Shown here: one piece after another, positions 18,730 through 27,202 of the stretch
Layout: each line of letters opens with the position of its first letter
Position numbering within the stretch: the first letter of the stretch is position 1
Source: Chloroflexota bacterium
GTDB taxonomy: Bacteria; Chloroflexota; Limnocylindria; QHBO01
Assembly: GCA_040877645.1 (NCBI GenBank)
Contig: JBBDNI010000049.1
Span: forward strand, 632 to 64,631
DNA: 64,000 bases
Direction: 5' to 3'
Program-made: the position numbers and the translations under genes
Notes under the pieces: generated by a model
The model's input: only the letters and a program-made list of their open reading frames with translations
Databases searched by the model: none
What the model was told of the DNA's origin: nothing

Positions 18730-20957
18730 AAAGGCGTTTCCCAGGCCGCTCGCAGCTCGGCGAGCCCGCAGGCAACCTGCGTGAGGCCTGTCGAGAGCAG
18801 CAGGTCTTTGCCACCGGCGACTCCCAGGCGCGCCGCCGCTACCCCGGCCGCCTCGGCCGCGGCCGCCAGCTCTCCGCTCTGCTCGGGCGCGACCGCGACC
18901 ATGACCCGGCCAGTCCGCTCACCGAACAGTGCGGCCGTCGGAACGCTTGCCGCTGCTGGCGGCAGGTCGAGGACGGCCCCCAGCGACGATGCGAGGGCGA
19001 GCCGTGCCGCGGCGACCGCCAGGCCACCGACCGACAGGTCGTGGGCACCGGCCAACACTCCGGCACGCGCCAGCCGGTTGAGCAGCGAGACCAGCCGCGC
19101 GCCGGCCGCGTGGTCCCGCGACGGCTCCCCGCCCATCTGCCCGCGTCGCCAGGCCAGCTCCGAGGCGGCCAGCGCGCCGCGCTCCCAGGCCGGCTCGCCG
19201 AGCAGCCAGATCTCGTCGCCGTCGTGCCACCGCATCGGCACCACGGCGGAGCGGTCCTCGAACAGCCCAACGGTGCCGACCACCGGCGTTGGCAGGATCG
19301 ACCCATCCGGTGTCTCGTTGTACAGGCTCACGTTGCCGGACACGATCGCGATCCCGAGCGCCCGGCAGGCGTCGCCCATCCCGCTCGTCGCCTCGGCCAG
19401 CTGCCAGTAGCCGGCCGGCTCCTCCGGCGAGCCGAAGTTCAGGCAGTTGGTGATGCCGATCGGCGTCGCGCCCGAGCAGGCCACGTTCAGGGCGCCCTCG
19501 AGCACGGCCGCGCCGCCAGCCAGCCGCGGGTCCAGCGCGCCGAGCCGGCCGGGGCCGTCGACCGAGAGGGCGATGGCGCGACGGGTGCCCTTGATCCGCA
19601 ACACGGCGGCGTCGCCCGCGCCCGGTCCGACGAGCGTGTTCGTCCCGTTCATGTGGTCGTAACGGCGCCATACCGGCTTCCGGCTGCGGGCGTTGGGGCT
19701 TGCCAGCAGCGCCAGCAGCGTGTGGCGCGACGGAACTTCGCCGGCGAGGGCATCAAGCCGCTCGGCACGACGGGCCGCCAGGTCGGCTGGGGGTGCTGAC
19801 GGTGGGACGTAGCGCGGCGCCTCGTCGACCAGGGCGTGGCCGGGCACCTCGCACACCATCACTCCACGCGCGGTGGCCCGCACCATCGGCTCGCTGATGA
19901 TGCGTCCGATCGTCACCGCGTGCAGCTCGTAGCGATCGAAGGCCTGCTGGACCTCCGCCTCGCGTCCGGCACGAACCACCAGCAGCATCCGTTCCTGCGA
20001 CTCGCTCAGCAGCAGCTCGTACGGGCTCATGCCTGCTTCACGCGTGGGCAGCAGGTCGAGATCGACCTCGGCGCCGCAGCCCCCGCGCGCCGAGAGCTCG
20101 GCCAGCGCGCAGGTCAGGCCGGCGGCGCCAAGGTCCTGCATGGCCACCACGGCATCGGAGCCGGCCAGCTCGAGACAGGCCTCCATCAGCAGCTTCTCCA
20201 GGAACGGGTTGCCAACCTGCACGGCCGGGCGCTGCTCGTCGCGGTCATCGCCGAGCGCCGCCGAGGCGAAGCTGGCGCCCTGGATCCCGTCGCGCCCGGT
20301 CGCCGCGCCCACCAGCAGGAGGGCATTCCCCGGACCGGCGGCGCGGGCCAGGATCACCTCGTCGTGGCGGGCGATCCCCACGCACATGGCGTTCACCAGC
20401 GGGTTGCCGTTGTAGCTCGGGTCGAAGAGCAGCTCGCCGCCGACATCGGGGATCCCGATGCAGTTGCCGTAGCCGGCGATGCCGGCGACCACGCCGCCGA
20501 ACAGGTAGCGGTTTCGCGTGGCGGTCTCGGTATCGGTCCCACCCGTCGCATCCTCGGATGGGTCGAGCGGGCCGAAGCGGAGCGAGTTGAGCAGCGCGAT
20601 CGGCCGAGCGCCCATGGTGAAGATGTCGCGGATGATGCCGCCAACACCGGTCGCCGCGCCCTGGTATGGCTCCACCGCGCTGGGGTGGTTGTGCGACTCG
20701 ATCTTGAATACCACCGCCAATCCATCACCGATGTCAATGGCACCGGCGTTCTCCCCCGGGCCGACCAGCACTCGGTCGCCCTGTGTCGGCAGCTGGGCAA
20801 GCAGGGGACGAGAGTGCTTGTAGGCGCAGTGCTCGCTCCACATCGCGCCGAACATGCCCAGCTCGACCGAGTTCGGCTCGCGGCCGAGCGCGATCGCCAC
20901 CAGCCGATATTCGTCGTCGGTCAGCCCGTGCCGTTCGACGGGCAGGGTCAGGCTCAC
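18726..20957 (-). CDS. purL: Phosphoribosylformylglycinamidine synthase subunit PurL (FGAM synthase II)
   Basis: 743 aa. N-terminus MSLTLPVERHGLTDDEYRLVAIALGREPNSVELGMFGAMWSEHCAYKHS, with duplicated AIRS-like domains. Confidence 0.9.
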   Translation of the reverse strand: MSLTLPVERHGLTDDEYRLVAIALGREPNSVELGMFGAMWSEHCAYKHSRPLLAQLPTQGDRVLVGPGENAGAIDIGDGLAVVFKIESHNHPSAVEPYQGAATGVGGIIRDIFTMGARPIALLNSLRFGPLDPSEDATGGTDTETATRNRYLFGGVVAGIAGYGNCIGIPDVGGELLFDPSYNGNPLVNAMCVGIARHDEVILARAAGPGNALLLVGAATGRDGIQGASFASAALGDDRDEQRPAVQVGNPFLEKLLMEACLELAGSDAVVAMQDLGAAGLTCALAELSARGGCGAEVDLDLLPTREAGMSPYELLLSESQERMLLVVRAGREAEVQQAFDRYELHAVTIGRIISEPMVRATARGVMVCEVPGHALVDEAPRYVPPSAPPADLAARRAERLDALAGEVPSRHTLLALLASPNARSRKPVWRRYDHMNGTNTLVGPGAGDAAVLRIKGTRRAIALSVDGPGRLGALDPRLAGGAAVLEGALNVACSGATPIGITNCLNFGSPEEPAGYWQLAEATSGMGDACRALGIAIVSGNVSLYNETPDGSILPTPVVGTVGLFEDRSAVVPMRWHDGDEIWLLGEPAWERGALAASELAWRRGQMGGEPSRDHAAGARLVSLLNRLARAGVLAGAHDLSVGGLAVAAARLALASSLGAVLDLPPAAASVPTAALFGERTGRVMVAVAPEQSGELAAAAEAAGVAAARLGVAGGKDLLLSTGLTQVACGLAELRAAWETPF

Positions 20958-20992
20958 GCGACTCGGCTCACGCGCTGCTGCGCCCGATCACC

Positions 20993-21997
20993 TCAGCCCC
21001 GCCAGAGGCGCGTGGCCGACCCGATCACCACGATCAGGCCCGCCAGCAGGAAGATGATCCCCGCCGGCGAGAGCGCGCGCAGGATGGCGACCAGGTCGCC
21101 TCCCGGGCCAGCGAGCAGCTCGACCACGACGAACATCGCCGCCAGGCCGAGTGCCCACAGCAGCGTCACGATCAATGCGGCGCGCTGGACACTGCCCGGG
21201 GCGGCACGCATGACCCCGGCGCCGGCCAGCAGGACGAGCAGGACTAGCAGGATCGGCACCGGTGCCGCCAGGCCGAAGTAGGCGGACTCGACGAGGCTGC
21301 CCCCGGCCGGATAGCCGGTCCAGAAGGCCGCCCCGTATCCGCCCGGCGCGCCGAAGGAGCGATCCCAGAGCGAGGCGCCGCCGAAGCCGAAGGGGAGCAG
21401 CCAGGCGGTCAGCATGCCGGCAGCACCGATCAGGAGCACCACCGGCCCCAGCACCGCGCGGCTCGCGGCACGGCGTGGTGCGGGCGTATCCGGCTCGCCC
21501 TCTGTCGGCCGCAGGTTGGCGCCACAATTCTGGCAGAACGCGACGCCAGCGCGGTTGTGCGTGCCACAGCGCGGACATCCCGCGGTTCCGTCCAGCACCG
21601 CCGGGCGCTCGACCGCTGAAGGAGCGCCGGCCTCGATCAGCCGCTGTCCGCAGCTGCTGCAGAAGGCGATCCCGGGGCGGTTCTCCGTTCCGCAGCGGGA
21701 GCAGCGCGTTCCTTCCCCGAGGGGCGTGGCGGGCACCGAGTGCGCCGGGATCGCGCCGGAGGCGCCCGGGTCGGCCGGCGTCGGGGCGACCCAGGCCTCG
21801 GCGTCGCTGGGGGGTGGCCCGGCGTCCTCGCCCGGCGGCCTCGGCGAAGTCGGGGCGACTTCCTCGGCGGCGCTCTGCTCGACGACGTCCTTGACGCTCT
21901 CGTCGGCCTGCTCGTCCGGCGGCTGGTCCGGCGGCTGGTCCGACCCGGCGTCGCGCGGGTCCCGCTCGTCATCGTGCATGAGGCGATGGACCTCCAT
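20993..21997 (-). CDS. Double zinc-ribbon (DZR) domain membrane protein with an acidic disordered N-terminus
   Basis: Two zinc ribbons (CSRCGTEN...CSSCGQRL; CPRCGTHN...CQNCGANL) are followed by 3-4 TM helices. The N-terminal 90 aa are D/E/P-rich. Confidence 0.6.
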   Translation of the reverse strand: MEVHRLMHDDERDPRDAGSDQPPDQPPDEQADESVKDVVEQSAAEEVAPTSPRPPGEDAGPPPSDAEAWVAPTPADPGASGAIPAHSVPATPLGEGTRCSRCGTENRPGIAFCSSCGQRLIEAGAPSAVERPAVLDGTAGCPRCGTHNRAGVAFCQNCGANLRPTEGEPDTPAPRRAASRAVLGPVVLLIGAAGMLTAWLLPFGFGGASLWDRSFGAPGGYGAAFWTGYPAGGSLVESAYFGLAAPVPILLVLLVLLAGAGVMRAAPGSVQRAALIVTLLWALGLAAMFVVVELLAGPGGDLVAILRALSPAGIIFLLAGLIVVIGSATRLWRG

Positions 21998-22021
21998 CAG
22001 GACCGGCTGGGACGGCCAGCA

Positions 22022-22759
22022 TCATAGCCGACGCTCGGCGACCGCCGGCTGGGCGACGAGCCAGCGGTCGAGTGATCGGAGGAGCCGGATCCCGTCGCTG
22101 CCCCCCACCTCGTCCTCCATGGCGCGCTCCGGATGCGGCATCAGGCCGAGCACGTTGCCGCGCTCGTTCACGATGCCGGCGATCGAGCGCAGCGAACCGT
22201 TCGGATTGCCGCCGTTGCCTTGGCCGCCAGCCGCCTCGTCCGCATCGGCGTAGCGGAGAGCGACTCTGCCGCTGCGCTCCAGCTCGTCGAGCACCCCCTC
22301 GTCCGCGTAATACCGGCCCTCGCCATGCGAGATGGGGAGCCTGATCGATTCGCCCGACTCGAGCTCCCCGAGCCACGGCCCATCGGTGACCTCCACGCGC
22401 AGCGACTGCCAGTCGCAGCGAAACTCGAGGTGGTCGTTGCGCAGCAGCGCACCGGGCAGGATCCCCGCCTCGGTCAGGATCTGGAAGCCGTTGCACGAGC
22501 CGAGCACCGGCCCGCCGGCCGCGGCGAACGCCTCCACGGCTCGCATGGCCGGCGAGAAACGGGCGATCGCCCCGGTCCGCAGATGGTCGCCATGTGCGAA
22601 GCCACCGGGCAGGACCACGGCGTCAGGTGCAGGCAGGTCGGTCTCGGTGTGCCACACCAGGCTCGCCTCCCAGCCGAGGAGCGTGGCGGCATGCGCGAAA
22701 TCGCGGTCGCTCCAGGTGCCGGGGAAGACGATCACCGACACCCTCGGCCCCCGGCTCAT
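22022..22759 (-). CDS. purQ: Phosphoribosylformylglycinamidine synthase subunit PurQ (glutaminase)
   Basis: Class-I glutamine amidotransferase (VSVIVFPGTWSDRD, GSCNGFQIL, catalytic H/E near MPHPER). The ATG chosen overlaps the purS stop as ATGA. The longer track ORF is probably overextended. Confidence 0.9.
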   Translation of the reverse strand: MSRGPRVSVIVFPGTWSDRDFAHAATLLGWEASLVWHTETDLPAPDAVVLPGGFAHGDHLRTGAIARFSPAMRAVEAFAAAGGPVLGSCNGFQILTEAGILPGALLRNDHLEFRCDWQSLRVEVTDGPWLGELESGESIRLPISHGEGRYYADEGVLDELERSGRVALRYADADEAAGGQGNGGNPNGSLRSIAGIVNERGNVLGLMPHPERAMEDEVGGSDGIRLLRSLDRWLVAQPAVAERRL

Positions 22760-23034
22760 GCGCTGCGCTCCTCCGCCGCGTCGTCGGCGGGGCGCAGCTC
22801 CCAGTCGGCGGTCTCCATCACCGGGTTGGCCAGGAGCCTCGCGCACATCTCGCGCAGCGTGGCCTCGGCGGCGCCACGGTCAGCAGCCTCGAAGCTCAGC
22901 CGCAACAGCTTTCCGGCGCGCACCTCAGCCACCGAGTCGTAGCCAAGGGCGCGCAGCCCACCGGCGATCGTCTGACCCTCCGGATCGGCGATGCCAGGAC
23001 GGAGTCGTACATGGACCTCGGCCAGCCAGTGCAT
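22756..23034 (-). CDS. purS: Phosphoribosylformylglycinamidine synthase subunit PurS
   Basis: 92 aa (MHWLAEVHVRLRPGIADPEGQTIAGGLRALGYDSV), the typical PurS size and sequence, positioned immediately upstream of purQ. Confidence 0.85.
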   Translation of the reverse strand: MHWLAEVHVRLRPGIADPEGQTIAGGLRALGYDSVAEVRAGKLLRLSFEAADRGAAEATLREMCARLLANPVMETADWELRPADDAAEERSA

Positions 23035-23933
23035 CAGGCCGATCCCTCGACGCCCCGCCAGGGCTCGCCGGTCAGCCGCTCGTAGGCGGTCGCGTATCGG
23101 GCCTGGGTCCCGCTGATCACCTCATCGGGCAGCGCCGGCGCCGGCGGCTCGCGGTCCCAGCCCGAGCCGGCGACGAAATCCCGCACGTACTGCTTGTCGA
23201 ACGACGGTGGGCTGGCGCCCGGCGCGTACTGGGCCGCGTCCCAGAATCGGCTCGAATCGGGCGTCAGCAGTTCGTCGATCAGGGTCACCGCGTCGTCAAC
23301 CCAGCCGAACTCGAACTTGGTGTCGGCCAGGATCAGTCCGACCTCGTTCGCGCGGGCCGCGCCCGCGGCATACAGCGCCAGTGAGCGCTCCTCGAGCTCG
23401 CGGGCCAGCACCGTTCCCACCATCGCCCCCAGAGCCTTGCGGCTGATGTTCTCGTCGTGGCCGACCTCGGCCTTGGTCGACGGCGTGAAGATCGGCTCGG
23501 GCAGACGGTCTGCCTCGCGCAGGCCGGCCGGCAGGCGGTGCCCCCCAATCTCGCCAGTGACACGGTACTCGGCCCATCCGGACCCGGCCAGGTAGCCACG
23601 CACCACGCACTCGGCGTCGATCCGCTTGGCGCGGCGCGCCAGCGTCACGCGACCGGCGAGCTCCGGCGATCGGGCGGCCTCCGGCAACTCGGCGGCATCG
23701 GTCGACAGGAAGTGCGTCGGTCCCAGCCCGTCCAGGCGGGTGAACCAGAACGCCGAGATGGCGGTCAGCAGCCGGCCCTTATCGGGGATCGGCTGGTCGA
23801 AGACGACGTCGAACGCCGACAGCCGGTCGGTGGCGACCAGCAGGAGCCGATCCTCGCCAATGGCGTAGGTCTCCCGCACCTTGCCGCGATGCACGAGGGA
23901 GAGCCCGGGAATGGACGATTCGGCCAGGATCAC
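23034..23933 (-). CDS. purC: Phosphoribosylaminoimidazole-succinocarboxamide synthase (SAICAR synthetase)
   Basis: The PurC core runs from VILAESSIPGLSLVHRGKVRETY to the C-terminus (about 299 aa). The start is taken as an internal GTG abutting or overlapping the mgtC-like stop. The upstream part of the 476-aa track ORF is an antisense shadow over mgtC. Start is accurate to about 3 nt. Confidence 0.85.
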   Translation of the reverse strand: MILAESSIPGLSLVHRGKVRETYAIGEDRLLLVATDRLSAFDVVFDQPIPDKGRLLTAISAFWFTRLDGLGPTHFLSTDAAELPEAARSPELAGRVTLARRAKRIDAECVVRGYLAGSGWAEYRVTGEIGGHRLPAGLREADRLPEPIFTPSTKAEVGHDENISRKALGAMVGTVLARELEERSLALYAAGAARANEVGLILADTKFEFGWVDDAVTLIDELLTPDSSRFWDAAQYAPGASPPSFDKQYVRDFVAGSGWDREPPAPALPDEVISGTQARYATAYERLTGEPWRGVEGSA

Positions 23934-24430
23934 GGCAGGTCGTCCAGCATGCCGTCGTCGCGCTCGGTGTGCGGCGGGTCGCCGGCGATTCCCATCCGCG
24001 CCTTGGCGAACGCCTCGACCCGGTCGAGCAGCGCCAGCACCACCACGATCAGCACGGTGCCGATGGCGGCCATGGCCAGCATCCCCGCCCCCGCCGCCAT
24101 GCCGACGGCCGCCACCGACCAGAGCGATGCGGCCGTCGTCAGACCGCGGATGTTGCCGCGGTACTGGAGGATCGTCCCCGCGCCGATGAAACCGATCCCG
24201 GACACGATCTGGGCGGCGATGCGGGTTGGATCGACCGCGGCTCCGGCGAAGCCGTAGGCCGAGATGATGGTGAAGAGCGCGGCTCCCAGGGCCACCAGCG
24301 AGTGGGTGCGAAAGCCGGCCGGCTGCCGGTGCAGCTCGCGCTCGAAGCCGATGATCGCGCCAAGCACCAGCCCGAGCGCCAGCCGTCCGGCCAGCTCGAG
24401 CTCCTTCTCGAAACCGAGGTACGGGGTCAC
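23930..24430 (-). CDS. mgtC: MgtC/SapB family membrane protein (short form, about 167 aa)
   Basis: TPYLGFEKELELAGRLALGLVLGAIIGFERELHRQPAGFRTHSLVALGAALFTII is the MgtC N-terminal membrane domain. The GTG start has GGAGG 5 nt upstream, and the stop abuts the purC start. Confidence 0.7.
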   Translation of the reverse strand: MTPYLGFEKELELAGRLALGLVLGAIIGFERELHRQPAGFRTHSLVALGAALFTIISAYGFAGAAVDPTRIAAQIVSGIGFIGAGTILQYRGNIRGLTTAASLWSVAAVGMAAGAGMLAMAAIGTVLIVVVLALLDRVEAFAKARMGIAGDPPHTERDDGMLDDLP

Positions 24431-25323
24431 GTTTCCTCCTCTGGTGCGGCTGGCGGCGCAGCAAGCTCGAGCGACCACCATGTCGCGGTCCATGCGCGAA
24501 GGGCTCCCCAGAACAGCACGAGTGCCAGCCAGATGGCGACGAACCCGGTCAGCAGCAGGAGCGCCTGCGGGCTGACCAGCCGCCCAGCGGCCAGATCGAA
24601 GCCGATCGGTGCCCACAGGATGCGGAGCAGTGCGAGCGCGAAGACGATGGCCACCATGTCCGCGAGCGTGCCGATGGCTGCGATGCCGAGGCGCCGCAAC
24701 GGGTTGCGCACGACGTCGGCAAGGCCACCGCGCAACGCGGCGCCGACCACCTCACTACCGGACAGGGCCCGGCGCACGGATGCGGCGCCGAATGCCTGGC
24801 CGACCACCACCGTCGCGACGAGCAGCAGGAGGAGCGGCAGCAGCCGCATCGCCACCCTGAGCATCGCCGGCGCGCCGGTATCCGGGGCAGCAAATTCGGC
24901 CGGCGCCACCGCGGCGATGCCGAACCCGATCGCGACCAACGCGGCCAGCGCCGGCAGTGCGGCGATCAGGATGACGCCGAATGCCACCTCGGTGTCGTGG
25001 GCCAGCGAGCGATCGGTCCCGGCGCCCGTGGCGCGCAGGACGACCGCCTCACCGAGTGCCGCCACCAGGCAGCCGACGAGGACCACCAGCCCGGCGAGGC
25101 TCGCCAGCAGGAGCACATTGAGGGGGAACGATCCCGAGCTGAAGAGCCGCGCCCCGGCGAAGGAGAGGTCGCTCTCGCTCGGCAGGCCAGCCACGGTCAC
25201 CAGCAGCGGGAGCCAGGCGAGGTAGCCGAGGGCGGACAACGAGCCCGGCAGCCACAGGTCGGCCCGCGCGCCCGCCACGTTGGCAGCCGCCACCGCGTCG
25301 CCGACCCAGCCGCGCCGGCTCAT
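24427..25323 (-). CDS. Hypothetical polytopic membrane protein (about 299 aa, 8 or more TM helices)
   Basis: The start ATG overlaps the purB stop as ATGA, and the stop overlaps the mgtC-like GTG as GTGA. The protein is very hydrophobic with repeated GAA/LLL helices. The N-terminal 240 aa of the 538-aa track ORF are an Arg-rich antisense shadow of purB. Confidence 0.55.
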   Translation of the reverse strand: MSRRGWVGDAVAAANVAGARADLWLPGSLSALGYLAWLPLLVTVAGLPSESDLSFAGARLFSSGSFPLNVLLLASLAGLVVLVGCLVAALGEAVVLRATGAGTDRSLAHDTEVAFGVILIAALPALAALVAIGFGIAAVAPAEFAAPDTGAPAMLRVAMRLLPLLLLLVATVVVGQAFGAASVRRALSGSEVVGAALRGGLADVVRNPLRRLGIAAIGTLADMVAIVFALALLRILWAPIGFDLAAGRLVSPQALLLLTGFVAIWLALVLFWGALRAWTATWWSLELAAPPAAPEEET

Positions 25324-26639
25324 CGCACCGCCTCCCGCGCATCGGTGAGGCCCAGCGCCCGATAGGTGACGTCGATCCCCGCCAGGTGTGCCTCCAGGTC
25401 CATCGCCCGCTCGATCTCCCCGGCCTCGAGCCAGCGGCCGACGCCGTCGTCGGCGAGCAGCTCCTCCCGGAAGGAGCCGCTGCCGCCCCATGCCCGTTTG
25501 GCGGCTCCCTGTACCAGCCGATACGCCTCCTGGCGATCGGCTCCCTTGGCGATCATTGCCAGCAGAAGCGCCTCGGAGTAGACCATGCCGTCGAGCAGAT
25601 CCAGGTTGCGCGCCATCCGCTCGGCATCGACCTCCAGCCCCCCGAGCAGATCGGCCAGGGTGCGTGTGGCATAGGCGGCCACGCCCAGCGCCCGCTCGAA
25701 GACGAAGCGCTCGGCGCTGGAGTGGCTGATGTCCCGCTCGTGCCAGAGGGCCATGTTCTCGAGGGCGACCAGTGCGTCCCCGCGCAGCAGGCGCGCCAGG
25801 CCGCTGACCCGCTCGGCGAGGATCGGGTTTCGCTTGTGCGGCATCGCGCTGCTCCCCTGCTGGCCGGCGCCGAACGGCTCGAATGCCTCGCCGACCTCCG
25901 TGCGCTGCAGATGCCGCACCTCGACCGCGAAGCGCTCCAGCGTTCCGCCCAGGATGGCCAGCGTCACGATCAGCTCGGCGTGCCGGTCGCGGCTCACGAC
26001 CTGGGTCGCGGCCGGATCTGCGGACAGCCCGAGCGCCTCGCACACGAACCGCTCGACGTCAGCGGATACGTGGGCATGGGTGCCGACTGCGCCCGACAGC
26101 TTGCCAACCGCGATCCCCTCGCGCGCTCTCGCGAGCCGGATCCGATCGCGTTCCAGCTCCGCATACCAGCCCGCCGCCTTGAACCCGAAGGTGATCGGCT
26201 CGGCATGGATCCCGTGGCTGCGACCGACCATCGGGGTGGACCGATGCTCGGCAGCCAGCCCAGCGACCACCGACGCCAGGCGCTCCACCTCGCCCTCGAG
26301 GAGTTGCGTCGCATCCCGTAGCACGACCGCGGTCGCCGTGTCGAGGACGTCGGAGCTGGTCAGTCCGAAGTGCAGCCAGCGACCCTCGGGACCCAGCCGC
26401 TCGGTCACGGATCGTAGGAAGGCGATCACGTCATGTTGCGACTCCTGCTCGATCGCGCGCACCCGCGCCGGGTCGACCGCGCCGATACCCGTCCGAATCC
26501 GATGCCAGTCGTCGTCCGGCACCACGCCCGCCGCATGGAGAGCCTCGGCCGCGAGGAGCTCGATCCGCAGCCAGAGCTCGAGCTTGTGCTGCTCGCCGAA
26601 CAGGGCTCGCAGCTCGGGAAGCGCGTACCGCTCGATCAC
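25320..26639 (-). CDS. purB: Adenylosuccinate lyase
   Basis: 439 aa of the fumarase/aspartase family (GTHAHVSADV, SSAMPHKRNP signature). Confidence 0.9.
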   Translation of the reverse strand: MIERYALPELRALFGEQHKLELWLRIELLAAEALHAAGVVPDDDWHRIRTGIGAVDPARVRAIEQESQHDVIAFLRSVTERLGPEGRWLHFGLTSSDVLDTATAVVLRDATQLLEGEVERLASVVAGLAAEHRSTPMVGRSHGIHAEPITFGFKAAGWYAELERDRIRLARAREGIAVGKLSGAVGTHAHVSADVERFVCEALGLSADPAATQVVSRDRHAELIVTLAILGGTLERFAVEVRHLQRTEVGEAFEPFGAGQQGSSAMPHKRNPILAERVSGLARLLRGDALVALENMALWHERDISHSSAERFVFERALGVAAYATRTLADLLGGLEVDAERMARNLDLLDGMVYSEALLLAMIAKGADRQEAYRLVQGAAKRAWGGSGSFREELLADDGVGRWLEAGEIERAMDLEAHLAGIDVTYRALGLTDAREAVR

Positions 26640-27148
26640 CGCTCAGGCCGCCCCGCGGCGCGCGGATCGATGCCCACCTCGGCGCCGCCGGCCTGCTCTG
26701 CCCGGAATGCCTGCACCCGCTCCGCCAGCTCGGGGTCGGCGAGCGCCAGGATGCGCGCCGCCAGGTGGGCTGCGTTTTTGGCCCCGGCCGGCCCGACCGC
26801 GACCGACGCCACAGGGACCCCCGGCGGCATCTGGACCACGCTGTAGAGCGCGTCGGCGCCACCCAGAGCTCCGGCGTCGAGCGGGACGCCGATCACCGGG
26901 CGGGTGGTGAGCGAGGCGACCACCCCGGGGAGGTGTGCCGCCATCCCCGCCGCTCCGACGAAGAGCCGAACCCCGCGCGCCTCCGCATCGTGGACGTAGG
27001 ACGCCAGCGCCTCGGGCTGGCGATGGGCGCTGATCACGCTCGCCTCCCACGCGATCCCGTATCGATCGAGCGTGTCGAAGCAGCCCTGCAGGGCGGGCAG
27101 GTCGGAGCGAGAGCCGCAGATGACGGCGACGCTGGGGGCGGGGGTCAT
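26636..27148 (-). CDS. purE: N5-carboxyaminoimidazole ribonucleotide mutase
   Basis: 170 aa (VAVICGSRSDLP...GAAGMAAHLPGVVASLTTRPVIGVP). The stop overlaps the purB start. Confidence 0.9.
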   Translation of the reverse strand: MTPAPSVAVICGSRSDLPALQGCFDTLDRYGIAWEASVISAHRQPEALASYVHDAEARGVRLFVGAAGMAAHLPGVVASLTTRPVIGVPLDAGALGGADALYSVVQMPPGVPVASVAVGPAGAKNAAHLAARILALADPELAERVQAFRAEQAGGAEVGIDPRAAGRPER

Positions 27149-27202
27149 CGGGCCTAGGATACCCGCGAGGGCCGATCGTGCAGGTCGGTCGGAGACCCGA
27201 AC

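Noticed and set aside
24427-26043. A 538-aa ORF and a 476-aa ORF (23034..24464), as listed in the track.
   Set aside because: Only the 3' portions are real: the membrane protein from an ATG overlapping the purB stop, and purC from an internal GTG. The 5' extensions overlap purB and mgtC on the same strand in other frames and are Arg-rich nonsense.
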